Positions 8,630 to 19,003 of a DNA stretch of 64,000 bases are shown piece after piece. The notes beneath the pieces were generated by a model. It saw only the letters and a list, made by a program, of their open reading frames with translations. It made no database searches and was not told the DNA's origin. Location: contig OY970176.1 of the NCBI GenBank assembly GCA_963707955.1, positions 1,120,001 to 1,184,000 of the forward strand, given 5' to 3'. This stretch comes from Candidatus Bathyarchaeota archaeon. Its GTDB lineage: Archaea > Thermoproteota > Bathyarchaeia > Bathyarchaeales > Bathycorpusculaceae. The position numbers were made by a program, and so were the translations under genes. Positions within the stretch are counted from its first letter, which is position 1, and the number at the start of each line of letters is the position of its first letter.

Positions 8630-10492
8630 TTAGGATGAATCTCCATACTCGATGTTAATTCCCGCCTCTTCTTTAAACTGCATCCTATAGAAAGAGGAGT
8701 ATATTCCGCCCGTCTCCATCAGCTCTCCATGAGTCCCTCTCTCCACTATCCGCCCATGATCGATCACTACGATTTCGTCGCAGAGCCTTATGGTCGAGAG
8801 CCTGTGGGCGATGATGATGACTAGTCTGTTCGACAGCAGATTTTTCAGGGCATTCTGTATAACGAGCTCAGTGTAGGGGTCGATGCTAGATGTGGCCTCG
8901 TCCAGGATGAGGATGTCCGGGTTAGTGAGGATCGCCCTCGCGAAGCTGATCAGCTGCCTCTGGCCGATGGAGATGTTTGAAGATCCCTCCTGGAGGATGT
9001 AGTCGTATCCTCCAGGGAGGTTCATAATGAACTTGTGAGCTCCCACCATCTTCGCTGCTTCGATGACCATCTCATCGGTCGCCCCGGGTATCCCGAAGCG
9101 GATGTTGTCCCTGATGCACATTGGGAATAAGTAGGAGTCTTGGAGGACAATGCTTTCGTGGCTCCGCAGGTCGGAGATCTTTAGGTTCCTGATGTCACGG
9201 TCATTCAGTTTAATACTGCCGTCGAGCGGGTCGTAGAACCTTGATATCAGGTTGATGATCGTGCTCTTCCCCGCGCCGGTGGGCCCAACTATTGCGAGCT
9301 TCGGTGTCTGGTGGCCTATCTCGAAGTTGATATCGTTTATGACAGGTATCTTAGGGTCGTAGCCGAAGGCGACATTCTCTGAGCTGAGCTTCTCCGACTT
9401 TCCCACCTGAACTGCCGTGTCATCCGGCGGATCTTCTACCTCTGGTTTTGTGTCGATGAGGTCGAACATCCTCTCGGTCGCGGACATGGCCTGCTGGTAC
9501 TGATCGTATGCCTGGACGAGTGCTAGTATCGGGTTGAAGAACATAATCTGGAACGCAGTGAAGGCGATGAATGTCCCCAGGGTTATCTGGCCGTTCATCG
9601 TCATGATCGCCCCGTACCAAAGGACCACGGCTGTTCCAGCGACCCTGATAGCATAGGCGACCGGCTGGTAGATTGATGAGACGAGCACAGCTAGGATCCG
9701 CTGCTTAACGACCTTGTCCTGCTCGTCGTTGAAGTGTTTGTTGAATCTGTCGACCTGGACGAATGACTTGATGACCTTCATCCCTGAGAGGCTCTCCTGC
9801 ATGGTTGAGATCATTCCCGACGTGTTCAGGAAGGCGGCCCTATTGTATTTCCTCGACAGCAATCCGAGGTAGTAGGTTGCTATCGCCGCTATGGGCATGA
9901 CCACTATGGCGAGTAGGGCGAGTTTCACGTTTAGGAAGAATATTATTGCGATGCCTAAGAAGAGGGATCCCGCGTTCTGTACAATACTAGTGAACCCCAT
10001 CCTGAAGAATATCCTGACGTTGTTTGCGTCGTTAATGGGCCTGGCTATTATTCTCCCCGTCTCTCCCTCGGAGAAGTACCTAAGGGAGATAATTTGCAGC
10101 CTAGACATTATGTCTTGTCTTATCCTGGCGACAGTGTTCTCGCCGAGGATCCTTATCTGCCACGTCGAGACGTACTGTGTGTAGTAGTAGGCAACTGTTA
10201 TGACTAGGAAGAGGGGAATCCACCAGATGAAGCCGGCCATGTTCCCGGGAGTGATTATGTCGTCCACCACGAGCTTACTCATGTAGGGCACCATCACAGT
10301 CGTTGCCGAGCTGGCGATGAGGGCCATGGACGCTAGGACAAAGTTTCTCCGGTTAGCGACCGCGTACCTGTAAAGCCTGACAAGAAGGTTCCTGTCTCTG
10401 TTGTTTCGCTTCTTTTGGGCTTCGCCTATCGTCGAGAAGACGCCGTAGCCGCTAGGTCCTCCTCCGCCCCCTCCACCGGTACCTATCGACAT
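8630..10492 (-). CDS. ABC exporter half-transporter (TMD+NBD), heterodimer subunit
   Basis: GPTGAGKS, degenerate signature ISIGQRQ, ILDEATS, AHRL. Confidence 0.95.
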   Translation of the reverse strand: MSIGTGGGGGGGPSGYGVFSTIGEAQKKRNNRDRNLLVRLYRYAVANRRNFVLASMALIASSATTVMVPYMSKLVVDDIITPGNMAGFIWWIPLFLVITVAYYYTQYVSTWQIRILGENTVARIRQDIMSRLQIISLRYFSEGETGRIIARPINDANNVRIFFRMGFTSIVQNAGSLFLGIAIIFFLNVKLALLAIVVMPIAAIATYYLGLLSRKYNRAAFLNTSGMISTMQESLSGMKVIKSFVQVDRFNKHFNDEQDKVVKQRILAVLVSSIYQPVAYAIRVAGTAVVLWYGAIMTMNGQITLGTFIAFTAFQIMFFNPILALVQAYDQYQQAMSATERMFDLIDTKPEVEDPPDDTAVQVGKSEKLSSENVAFGYDPKIPVINDINFEIGHQTPKLAIVGPTGAGKSTIINLISRFYDPLDGSIKLNDRDIRNLKISDLRSHESIVLQDSYLFPMCIRDNIRFGIPGATDEMVIEAAKMVGAHKFIMNLPGGYDYILQEGSSNISIGQRQLISFARAILTNPDILILDEATSSIDPYTELVIQNALKNLLSNRLVIIIAHRLSTIRLCDEIVVIDHGRIVERGTHGELMETGGIYSSFYRMQFKEEAGINIEYGDSS

Positions 10493-12322
10493 CTAGGGCA
10501 TCTCCTGGCCGCGCGCACTCGGGGTCTTCTCGAGGAACTGGGTCTCGTACACCCTCTTATAGATGCCCGCCCTGGCCATGAGTTCGCTGTGGGTGCCGAA
10601 TTCTGCGACCCTGCCCTCCTCAAGGACCAGTATCTTATCAGCGTTCTTGATCGTGGAGAGCCTCTGGGCGATAATAAAGGTCGTCCGCCCCTTCATCGCC
10701 TCCTCAAGTGCCTGCTGGATCTCCTGCTCCGTCCTGGCATCGACGAAGGATAATGAGTCGTCGAGGATCAGTATCTTTGGGTTCGTCAGGATCGCCCTGG
10801 CAATGGTTATCCTCTGCTTCTGCCCACCAGAGAGGGTTACGCCTCTCTCCCCAACCAAGCTATCGTACTTGTCAGGGAGGGAGTCGACGAAGTCGTGTAT
10901 CCTCGCGAGCTTCGCAGCGTTTATGACCTCCTCTATGGTCGCGTCAGCCTTGCCTAACGATATGTTGCTGTAAATAGTGCCTGTAAAGAGGAGGACATCC
11001 TGCAGTACTGATCCGATCTGTTTTTGGAGGGAGGTAAGCTTGTACTCCTTGATGTCTACGCCATCGATCTTTATGCTTCCTGACTTAACGTCGTAGAACC
11101 TAGGAATGAGGTTGATGAGAGAGGTTTTGCCAGAACCAGTGGACCCGAGTATGGCTATCTTCTCCCCGGCTTCCGCTTTGAAGCTGATGTCAGTGAGTAC
11201 ATTGGTGCCGCTAGTGTAACCGAAGTTGACGTTATTGAACTCGACTTCACCCCGCTCGATGGCGATGTCCCTGGCGTTAGGCGAGTCCCTGACATCGATT
11301 GGGGTATCTTCCATCTCCTCTATTCGTTCGAGGCTCGCGGAGGCGTTTACCCAGGAACCAATGACGTTGGCAAACGAGTTGAGCTGAGGGACGATCCTCT
11401 GCATGTATGTGGCAAATAGTATGAGGCTGCCGACGAGGAGGATTGGGTTCGGCCCAAGGAGAAGGCTCGTGCCGTATACGTAGACGAACGTCATGCCGAT
11501 CTGGAGGATGGTTTGAGGTGAGGGCGTGTAGAAGGCCTGCAGCCTCCCAGCGGCGATGGCGGTTTCGACGTACTTCGACTCTACCTGCTTGAAGCCATCC
11601 TTCATCTCCGTCTCCTTCTCGAATATCCTTACATTCTTCATGCCAATGATGTTCTGCTGGATGTAGGCCCCGAGCTTGCCGAGGATGAGCATCATCTTCA
11701 TGAATAGGGGGCGGACCTGGGTGAACTGCCTAAACTGGAGGTACATGATGAGGGGCATAGGGGCGAGGGTCAGCAGTGTCAAGACAGGGTTTATTGGGAC
11801 CATGATCAGCAGGCAAGCGGCCACTATGAAGACAGAGTCGGTGACGCTGGTCGGCCAGTTACCGGCGAAATTGTTTACGGCCTGGAGGTCCATCGTGGCG
11901 CGAGAGACGAGGTCGCCGACTGCGTTGGAGTCGAAGAACCCGAAAGACTTCTCCTCAAGCGACTTGAAGTAGTCCGACCTGATGTCTCTTGTCTGCCACT
12001 CGGCGACGTAGCTGTTCATGAACGACTCAGCGAAGGTTAACAGTCCGACGCCCATGACGACGAGGATCGTACTGAGGACAAGACCTGGGAGGAGGGCCCG
12101 CTGGCCTCCGATGATTACCTTGTCGATGATCAGGGCTAGGTAAAGGGGCTCGAAGGCGAAGAGGATAGCCCTGACACCGCTTAGCCCGGTCATGATTATA
12201 TAGTGCTTGATGTAGGGCCTGTTGTACTTCATGAAGGTCCTAAATTCTTTCCCTGAGCTCAAGATGTCCCGTTTGACTTTCATCTTGGCTATCCAATCTA
12301 GCACCGGTTTAGCAACGCTCAT
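10493..12322 (-). CDS. ABC exporter half-transporter (TMD+NBD), heterodimer subunit
   Basis: GSTGSGKT, LSGGQKQ, degenerate Walker B ILDDS and Q-switch AQRL, as in TM287/288-type heterodimers. Confidence 0.95.
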   Translation of the reverse strand: MSVAKPVLDWIAKMKVKRDILSSGKEFRTFMKYNRPYIKHYIIMTGLSGVRAILFAFEPLYLALIIDKVIIGGQRALLPGLVLSTILVVMGVGLLTFAESFMNSYVAEWQTRDIRSDYFKSLEEKSFGFFDSNAVGDLVSRATMDLQAVNNFAGNWPTSVTDSVFIVAACLLIMVPINPVLTLLTLAPMPLIMYLQFRQFTQVRPLFMKMMLILGKLGAYIQQNIIGMKNVRIFEKETEMKDGFKQVESKYVETAIAAGRLQAFYTPSPQTILQIGMTFVYVYGTSLLLGPNPILLVGSLILFATYMQRIVPQLNSFANVIGSWVNASASLERIEEMEDTPIDVRDSPNARDIAIERGEVEFNNVNFGYTSGTNVLTDISFKAEAGEKIAILGSTGSGKTSLINLIPRFYDVKSGSIKIDGVDIKEYKLTSLQKQIGSVLQDVLLFTGTIYSNISLGKADATIEEVINAAKLARIHDFVDSLPDKYDSLVGERGVTLSGGQKQRITIARAILTNPKILILDDSLSFVDARTEQEIQQALEEAMKGRTTFIIAQRLSTIKNADKILVLEEGRVAEFGTHSELMARAGIYKRVYETQFLEKTPSARGQEMP

Positions 12323-12516
12323 TTAAACCACCAGACCCATTTCTTCTCCACACAGTTACTGTGACTTATTTTTCATCGCGAGCGCGCGAGCAAAGCAACT
12401 TTTGTCGCGCGCGCTACGTTCCAAAGGCAACTCGGAACGTACAGCAGACATAGCTATCTTTCGCATCGAAAAATCACTTAACGCGCGCTCGCCCTATTGT
12501 CAGGATAGGCATGGTC

Positions 12517-12978
12517 TTACTTCGCCACAGCTCTTAGTTGTTGGCCAGTTGTGAAGACTGAGCGCAGAACTCCCATGGCTTTGACGACGACTTCCCTATC
12601 CTCAGCGCTGACATCTCTGAGTTTGTCTGCGAGATATGCCATGTTTTTCTGTCTGGAGGCTTCCAAAATCGTTATTCCACGAAGTGTGGCGGCTAATCTC
12701 ACACGTCGTCTGTCAGCGGGATTATCTTGCCGCGTCATCATACCACGTATTATGAGGCCGTCCACAAGCCTACACGTGGAAGGGGGAGTCAGACCCATAT
12801 GATTTGCCACGTCCAAAAGCGAAGAACCTTCATTGCGGTTCACAAAGGCCAATGTTCGGAACTGAGGAACGGTTAAGTCAGGTGACCTTCGACTGCGCAT
12901 CTCAGATCGTATGTCCCTCATAACGATTGGAACCACTTCAAGCAATTCACGGGCGGCTTCTTCTAAAGTAGCGGTCAT
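12517..12978 (-). CDS. MarR-family transcriptional regulator
   Basis: LTVPQFRTL, RLVDGL, DRRRVRL...GI motifs; upstream of the ABC pair. Confidence 0.92.
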   Translation of the reverse strand: MTATLEEAARELLEVVPIVMRDIRSEMRSRRSPDLTVPQFRTLAFVNRNEGSSLLDVANHMGLTPPSTCRLVDGLIIRGMMTRQDNPADRRRVRLAATLRGITILEASRQKNMAYLADKLRDVSAEDREVVVKAMGVLRSVFTTGQQLRAVAK

Positions 12979-13153
12979 GTTAATTGCACTTTCTAATAAT
13001 TAGATAATAGAACTATTTAACCCTTAACGCGCGCGCTTTGCGAGCGGACTCGAACCCATTTGGGTTTAAGTCCAGGCGGGCCGCCATAGTCATGGTCTTT
13101 TTACGGTAAAGTTGGGTGGGGGCCCCATCCCCCGCACCTTCAATGCGCCACTT

Positions 13154-15362
13154 TTATGTACTGTCTGGCGATAACAGGTGTTCAGGCATATTCGCCCAGA
13201 CTTTTTCTCTTTCCTCCGGGCAAGGCTGAATGGGAAGGGTTACAATGAATGTGCTTCCTTTGCCAACAGTGCTTCTTACATGGATTTTGCCGCCGTGTGC
13301 CTCAACGAAGCGCTTGCAGATAGGCAAGCCGAAACCCATTCCCTTCGCTTTGGTGGTGAAAAGGGGCCTGAAAATATTTCTCAAAGTGTTCTCGGACATA
13401 CCAGCCCCCGTGTCTGAGAAAACAATTTCCAAGTCACCGTTTGATTCCCTGCTTTCTATCGTCAGTTTGCCGCCCTTAGGCATGGCATCGACAGCGTTTT
13501 TGACTATGTTCACAAACACTCTCTTCATCTTGTCTGTGTCAACTTCCATCTTCGGCTTGTCTCTTGTCAGATCTGTTACCCGAACTTTTTTGGGAATCTT
13601 AACAGCGGACAAGGCTTCCTTCACCATTACTCGAGGGTTGCTCTCATTCAAATCAAGCTTTATGTCTCTTGAGTATTCTAAGAGGTCGTTTATGATCTTG
13701 TTCGAATATTGAACATCCTTCTCGATAACCTTGAACATTTCTTTCAATTTGCTGTCCATTTTCGGGCTGCATTTTGCCTTTAGGTAGTAAGCGGCACCTG
13801 CGATGCCCGTTAACGGGTTGCGCAGGTCGTGACCAATCATGGCTGCTAACTCGCCGATGGCAGCAAGTCTCTCAGACTTGACAAGCTGCTGCTGAGACCT
13901 CCTTCAGTTGTTTGGTTCGCTCCTCCACCTTTTCCTCCAAGCGCTGCGCGTATTCCCTGACCTGTTGTATCAGTTTCCCGTTTTCTATGGCTGTGGCAGC
14001 TTGATGAGCAAACAGTTCAAGGGGAGCAAGTGACGCTCTCGTCGGACGCCGGCCATCTTGCGGATCATCCATGCTCATTATGCCAACAACTCTTCCGCCT
14101 GGCAGTCGCAATGGTATGTACAACAGGTCGTCAGGGTTCCAACCAAAAGCATTCTTTTTCTGCATCTTGCTCGGAACTGCATACTTGAACTGCTCCTGAA
14201 CAAGCGGGTCGCTCCAAGGCAGATAGTAGAATTCGCCTAAGCGATAATGTTCAAACATAGAACTCAAACGCTTACGCATTACTTTGCCAGGTGGCTGATG
14301 ACCCCTCAGATGCTCTTCTTCTTCCTTGGTTAATCCTGCTGCGACAATGTCGGTTGTTTCCAGGTTTTCGTCCTTCAAGGTTATGACTGCTCTTCTCCAT
14401 CCCTGCTCGCAAACAACTTCTAGAATCGTTTGCAGTCGCTTGTGGAGATCCGTTGAGCTGAGCAGTACGGCAGAGCTTTTCATTAAACCTGACATCTTCT
14501 TGGATATGTTCCGATAGTTTTCCTCGCTTTCTCGCAAAGCATTTTCCATCTGCTTTCTATCGGTAATATCCCAGAAAGTGCCCAGTATGCCAACAACATT
14601 GCCCTTTTCATCTTTTACAGGAGTTTTGACCGTATGCACATACACTCTTTTCTTATCCTGGACATATTCCTCATCTATGCCTTCGGCGTTCCCTGACTCC
14701 AAGATTCTCTTGTCATCGGCTCTGTATTTTTCAGCCAACTCCTTAGGATAAAAATCAAAATCTGTTTTGCCTTCAATCTCATCGCTCCTCATTTTTAAGT
14801 CTTGAGCGTACTTCTTGTTGCAGAATATATAAACCGAATTTCTATCCTTGAAGAAGACTTTCCGCGGAAGGTTTTCAAGCAATGTTTTGGCCTTTCTTTC
14901 GCTTTCATGCAGTGAATCAGAGGCTTTTTTCTTCTCTACTACTTGCAGTATTCCACGGGCCAGTTCACCATAAACTGTTTCTGGTGCACCAGATTTTACG
15001 AAGTACCCGTTCGCGCCAAGGTTCAGCGCTTCAATGGCCACTTCTTCTCTCCCCTTGCCAGTGAAAATGACAAAAGGAGTATTGTCGCCTTTCTTTCTTA
15101 GCTCCTTCAAAAATACAAGTCCATCTTTTCTAGGCATCTGGTACTCTGAAACGATCACATCAAATCTTTCCTTTTCCAGTTTCCCTAAGGCTTCCTCAAC
15201 AGACTCTGCAGTGTAGATTTGGAACGGGCCTTGCGTCTCCAAACATTGCTTCGCAACCTTCAAGAAAGAAGGCTTATCGTCAACTTGCAAGACACGCAAC
15301 TTCACCTTCTCAGCAGAACCTAGGACTATCTCAGCTGCAGACGGAACGACAGATTCAACCAA
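13154..15362 (-). CDS. Hybrid sensor histidine kinase REC-PAS-GAF-HisKA-HATPase (1-nt frameshift near 13897)
   Basis: Removing one base fuses ORFs 13872-15362 and 13154-13840 via [30 protein letters not shown]; N, G1, F and G2 boxes present. Confidence 0.88.
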
Positions 15363-15680
15363 GAACGATACCCCTCATACTCACCATTACACGTATGTGC
15401 ATCATCAGCAATGTGTTGGAAGGCTTTCCTGATTAAACAATTATGAATACACTGTCAATATTCAAAAACAGGTTTCGATGATAACTTTGCATCGAACATA
15501 TTTCTACTGATTTGAAAAAAGATTATGGATATAACCTATGAGCAGGTTTACCAAAAATGGATTCTGCCGATAAGGCTGGTGAGGTCTCCATCCTTCTCAC
15601 CGCGGCAACGCTGGCTAAAAAGTTTAATGCTGTCATCAACATCTATTTTGGCCGAAATGACCATCCGCATTTGAGGGTTT

Positions 15681-16064
15681 CTAAATCCATCTTGTTTCTA
15701 TTTCTTTGATGGCTTGAAAATGAGGGTCATCTGAAACGCAGCTTGCTTTCAGGTGTGATGCTGTAGCTGCTATCATGCTGTCGGCCATGGAGAGCTTGTA
15801 CTTGTGCCTCAGCTCAGCCGAGCCCTTTGCGATTTCTGCATCTACCCCTACTATCTTGAAATCTTTCTCCAGCAAGGTCGTCCTCAGCATTGCGGACTCG
15901 CGCCCCTCGCGCGCCAGCGTAAGCTGATAAACCTCGTGGATCACGATCGCTGAGACATATTTTTCCCGGCCTCTCAATTCTTCCTTAGTTCTTTGAAGCA
16001 CTTTCTCATCCTTAGAGTAATAATGTTCGATGAAGAACCTAGTGTCATAAACCGTTCGAGACAT
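15681..16064 (-). CDS. vapC: VapC-type PIN-domain toxin
   Basis: VYDT, SAIVIHE, LSMADSMIAATA, SDDPHF acidic PIN residues. Confidence 0.9.
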   Translation of the reverse strand: MSRTVYDTRFFIEHYYSKDEKVLQRTKEELRGREKYVSAIVIHEVYQLTLAREGRESAMLRTTLLEKDFKIVGVDAEIAKGSAELRHKYKLSMADSMIAATASHLKASCVSDDPHFQAIKEIETRWI

Positions 16065-16296
16065 CTTCTTCCCTGAGTTTATCCAGAAGTTTCTTCATTT
16101 CTTTAGGAGTTCCATACTGGGATCCGGAACCAGCAAGGTCCAACGTCGATTTCTCGGGTTTGAACAGTATCCCCTCTTCGGTTTCGATGACCTGAAGCCT
16201 CGTTCCCTCTTCAATCTTGTACTTCTCACGGAGTCGCGCTGGAATTGTGGTCTGACCTTTCCTGGTTACTACAACCTCGTGTTCCAACTCTATCAC
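16045..16296 (-). CDS. vapB: AbrB/MazE-type antitoxin
   Basis: VTRKGQTTIPARLREKYKIEEG; overlaps the PIN gene. Confidence 0.9.
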   Translation of the reverse strand: MIELEHEVVVTRKGQTTIPARLREKYKIEEGTRLQVIETEEGILFKPEKSTLDLAGSGSQYGTPKEMKKLLDKLREEDVSNGL

Positions 16297-16297
16297 T

Positions 16298-16323
16298 GTA
16301 GTACATTCGTACAGTAGTACATT
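16298..16323. promoter_or_regulatory. Probable vapBC autoregulatory operator (GTAGTACATT direct repeat x2)
   Basis: Identical 10-mers at 16298-16307 and 16314-16323, between the TATA-like element and the start codon. Confidence 0.5.
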
Positions 16324-16426
16324 TAAGTCTTCCTACTCAAACCACCAGCCATCTCTTCTATGCCAGATTTTATATTCTGACTACTAGTAACCATTAAGCC
16401 GATCGCGGTCTTCGGGAGGTATACGA

Positions 16427-17719
16427 GTGAGTGCTTGTGTTCACCGTTTGCCCGGTTTGGTACTAGTTGATCACGAATTCAACGTGCCACTCGATTACGG
16501 CCGGCCTGAGGGCGAGACAATTAATGCATTTGCACGTGAGGTGGTTGCAACTGACAAGGAAAAACAGGATCAGCCGTGGCTAATCTTCTTTCAAGGCGGT
16601 CCTGGCTCGTCAGCGCCGCGCCCAGAAGACAAGAGTGGCTGGTTGAAACGGGCACTGCAAGAATATCGCGTGTTGCTACTCGACCAGCGCGGCACGGGTC
16701 GCAGCTCACCCATCAACCACCAGACATTGGCACGCTTTGCCACGCCTAGAATGCAGGCTGATTACCTGAAAAACTTCCGCGCCGACTCCATCGTCCGCGA
16801 CGCTGAACTGATCCGACGCAAGTTAGTCGGAGCGGAAAAGCCCTGGACCGTGCTGGGGCAAAGCTACGGCGGTTTCTGCATAACGCACTATTTGTCCGCT
16901 GCACCAGACGGCTTGAAAGAGGCGATGATAACTGGTGGTTTACCGCCTCTGAATCGTCCAGCGGACGATGTTTACCGCGCCACTTATCAACGTGTAAGCG
17001 AAAGGAACAGGCTCTACTATGAGCGTTACCCCGATGACGTTGAGCGCGCCCGCGAAATCGTCGACCATTTAGCATCTCACGAGGTAAACCTGCCGAACGG
17101 TGACCGCGTCTCATCACGACGTTTTCAACAACTCGGCATGGCCTTCGGGATCAGCACCGGTTTCGAGCGAGTTCACTATTTGCTTGAAGACGCGTTTCTG
17201 CAAGGCGCAACCGGCCGAGAGATTAGTTACACTTTCCTGCGCGGCTTCGAAAACTCTCTGTGGTTTGAAACCAACCCGATTTACGCGATCCTGCACGAGT
17301 CAATCTACTGCGAAGGGGCTGCGTCGAATTGGTCGGCCCAGCGTGTCCGTTCGGAATACCCGGAATTCGAGGTCACGCCTAGTCAGCCTGTGTTCTTCAC
17401 GGGCGAGATGGTGTACCCGTGGATGCTCGATGAGTACAGGTACCTCCGCCCGTTGAAAGAAGCTGCGGAGATTCTGGCGGCATACGACGGCTGGCCGTAT
17501 CTCTACGACAAATCAACCCTGCAATCGAACACTGTTCCGTGTGCAGCGGCTATTTACTATAACGACATGTACGTTGAGCGCAGCCTTTCAGAGGAAGCCG
17601 CCCGAAATATTCGAGGGATCAAACTGTGGGTCACCAGCGAATACCAACATGACGGCCTGCGCGTCGACGGCGACAAGGTGCTGGGCCGCTTGCTCGGCAT
17701 GCTCCACGGCGAGATATGA
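16427..17719 (+). CDS. pip: Proline iminopeptidase (alpha/beta hydrolase, S33), bacterial-like
   Basis: FQGGPG, LDQRGTGRS, GQSYGG, DMYV, EYQHDGLR; GC-rich codon usage. Confidence 0.9.
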   Translation: MSACVHRLPGLVLVDHEFNVPLDYGRPEGETINAFAREVVATDKEKQDQPWLIFFQGGPGSSAPRPEDKSGWLKRALQEYRVLLLDQRGTGRSSPINHQTLARFATPRMQADYLKNFRADSIVRDAELIRRKLVGAEKPWTVLGQSYGGFCITHYLSAAPDGLKEAMITGGLPPLNRPADDVYRATYQRVSERNRLYYERYPDDVERAREIVDHLASHEVNLPNGDRVSSRRFQQLGMAFGISTGFERVHYLLEDAFLQGATGREISYTFLRGFENSLWFETNPIYAILHESIYCEGAASNWSAQRVRSEYPEFEVTPSQPVFFTGEMVYPWMLDEYRYLRPLKEAAEILAAYDGWPYLYDKSTLQSNTVPCAAAIYYNDMYVERSLSEEAARNIRGIKLWVTSEYQHDGLRVDGDKVLGRLLGMLHGEI

Positions 17720-17864
17720 CAACTGGGCATCGACCATTTCGAGACAAGAACTTTGCGCACGCGCTTCTTCGACGCTCTTACATGTGAGGAGCATCAGCGA
17801 CATCTCGGAAACGATGTGCTGCTTATCACATCAATCTCTGATCGAAGTGCGACCGAAACGTACT

Positions 17865-18423
17865 CTACGTATTGATCTTCTTTATTAGCCAAGCGAGTCT
17901 TTGCCCAAAGTCTTTCACCGTGTTAATTCCTTCCTCGTCTTTCAGAACATCTCCCTTTGAGCGGCCAAAAGCCACGGTCCAATATGATGAGCCGGGAACG
18001 ATCATTTCAGAGATCATGAAGAAGAACATGAGCTGCGCAAGAGTGAAATTGTGCCCAGCTCGACGGGCGACAACGATCGGTCCGCCCACCTTGTTTTTCA
18101 ACGGTTTTCCGCGTTTACTGTAGAATCTGCTGATCAAGGTAACTATCTGCGGTGTCGCTGCACCGAAGTAGACTGGAGTGGCGAGTATGATCCCATCGGC
18201 TTCTTTCATCTTCTTGAATATGGATTCAAAATCGTCTCTGATATGACATTTGCCAGTTTTCGAACAGCTTCTGCACCCATCGCAAGGCTCTATTTTCTTT
18301 CCCGCCAAGCTTACTAGTTCTGTTTCAAGCCCCTCCTTCTGTACTTCGTCCAGCGCTATGCGAGTCAAAATCTCAGTGTTTCCTCCCAGACCTTGCACTA
18401 CCAACTATGCCCACAACCTTCAT
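17865..18423 (-). CDS. Iron-sulfur flavoprotein (Isf)/flavodoxin family (1-nt frameshift near 18390)
   Basis: MKVVGIVGSAR joins LGGNTE after removal of one base; CxxCxxCxxxxxC and ATPVYFG motifs. Confidence 0.88.
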
Positions 18424-18523
18424 TCTTCGGTCACTCTCACCTTCGGAAACTCCTTTAGAGAATAAAATTCTATCTGAAACTGGTCTCCGACATTGATTGA
18501 TTTGGATTAGGACTTCGCGCGCG

Positions 18524-18922
18524 CTAGACACACCTAACAGACTCGCTGACCACGCAGAGTTCGCACTTTTCAATGTCGACCAACGGGTCAAAGGTCTTGT
18601 GCAGCTTACACAGCAAACCCTTCGCCCTAATTGTCCTGCACACTCCGCAGTACATGACGATCAAGTCCCGATGCGAAGAACCACCCTTAGCCAATGACTC
18701 CGACATGTTGGTCACCAAACGCTTAACGTCACAGTCGTTCTCCAGGTCGATGGCTTTTCCCCTGATGTTTCTGCAGTACAAGCTTATCGCCGGCTGGCTG
18801 ACGCCGAGAAGCTTGGCCGCCTCAACCTGCCTAAGCCCGTGGTTGGCCATAAGCTCTTTGGCTATCATAGCGCGGACTACTGGCAAGACGCATTTGACGG
18901 CAACTTCACATGGAACAGACAT
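18524..18922 (-). CDS. Archaeal HTH transcriptional regulator (COG2522-like, Cys-containing)
   Basis: PCE...LPVVRAMIAKEL...QVEAAKLLGVSQPAISLY; divergent from fprA. Confidence 0.85.
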   Translation of the reverse strand: MSVPCEVAVKCVLPVVRAMIAKELMANHGLRQVEAAKLLGVSQPAISLYCRNIRGKAIDLENDCDVKRLVTNMSESLAKGGSSHRDLIVMYCGVCRTIRAKGLLCKLHKTFDPLVDIEKCELCVVSESVRCV

Positions 18923-19003
18923 TGATGAGGCTTCCGACTAGTAGTTGTAGAAAGGCATAAATATACTTTATTACAATCGTCATATTCGCTTCAAGGTGAA
19001 AAA

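Larger units (their letters stand above)
6119..13138. mobile_element. Genomic island integrated at the tRNA-Leu 3' end (att-like 16-bp direct repeat); no integrase retained
   Basis: CCCCATCCCCCGCACC is identical at 6119-6134 and 13123-13138; the cargo has visibly heterogeneous base composition. Confidence 0.7.

Noticed and set aside
15584-15601. CTCCATCCTTCTCACC as a further decayed tRNA-Leu att copy
   Set aside because: Only about 12/16 identity in a low-complexity C-rich string; not distinguishable from chance.
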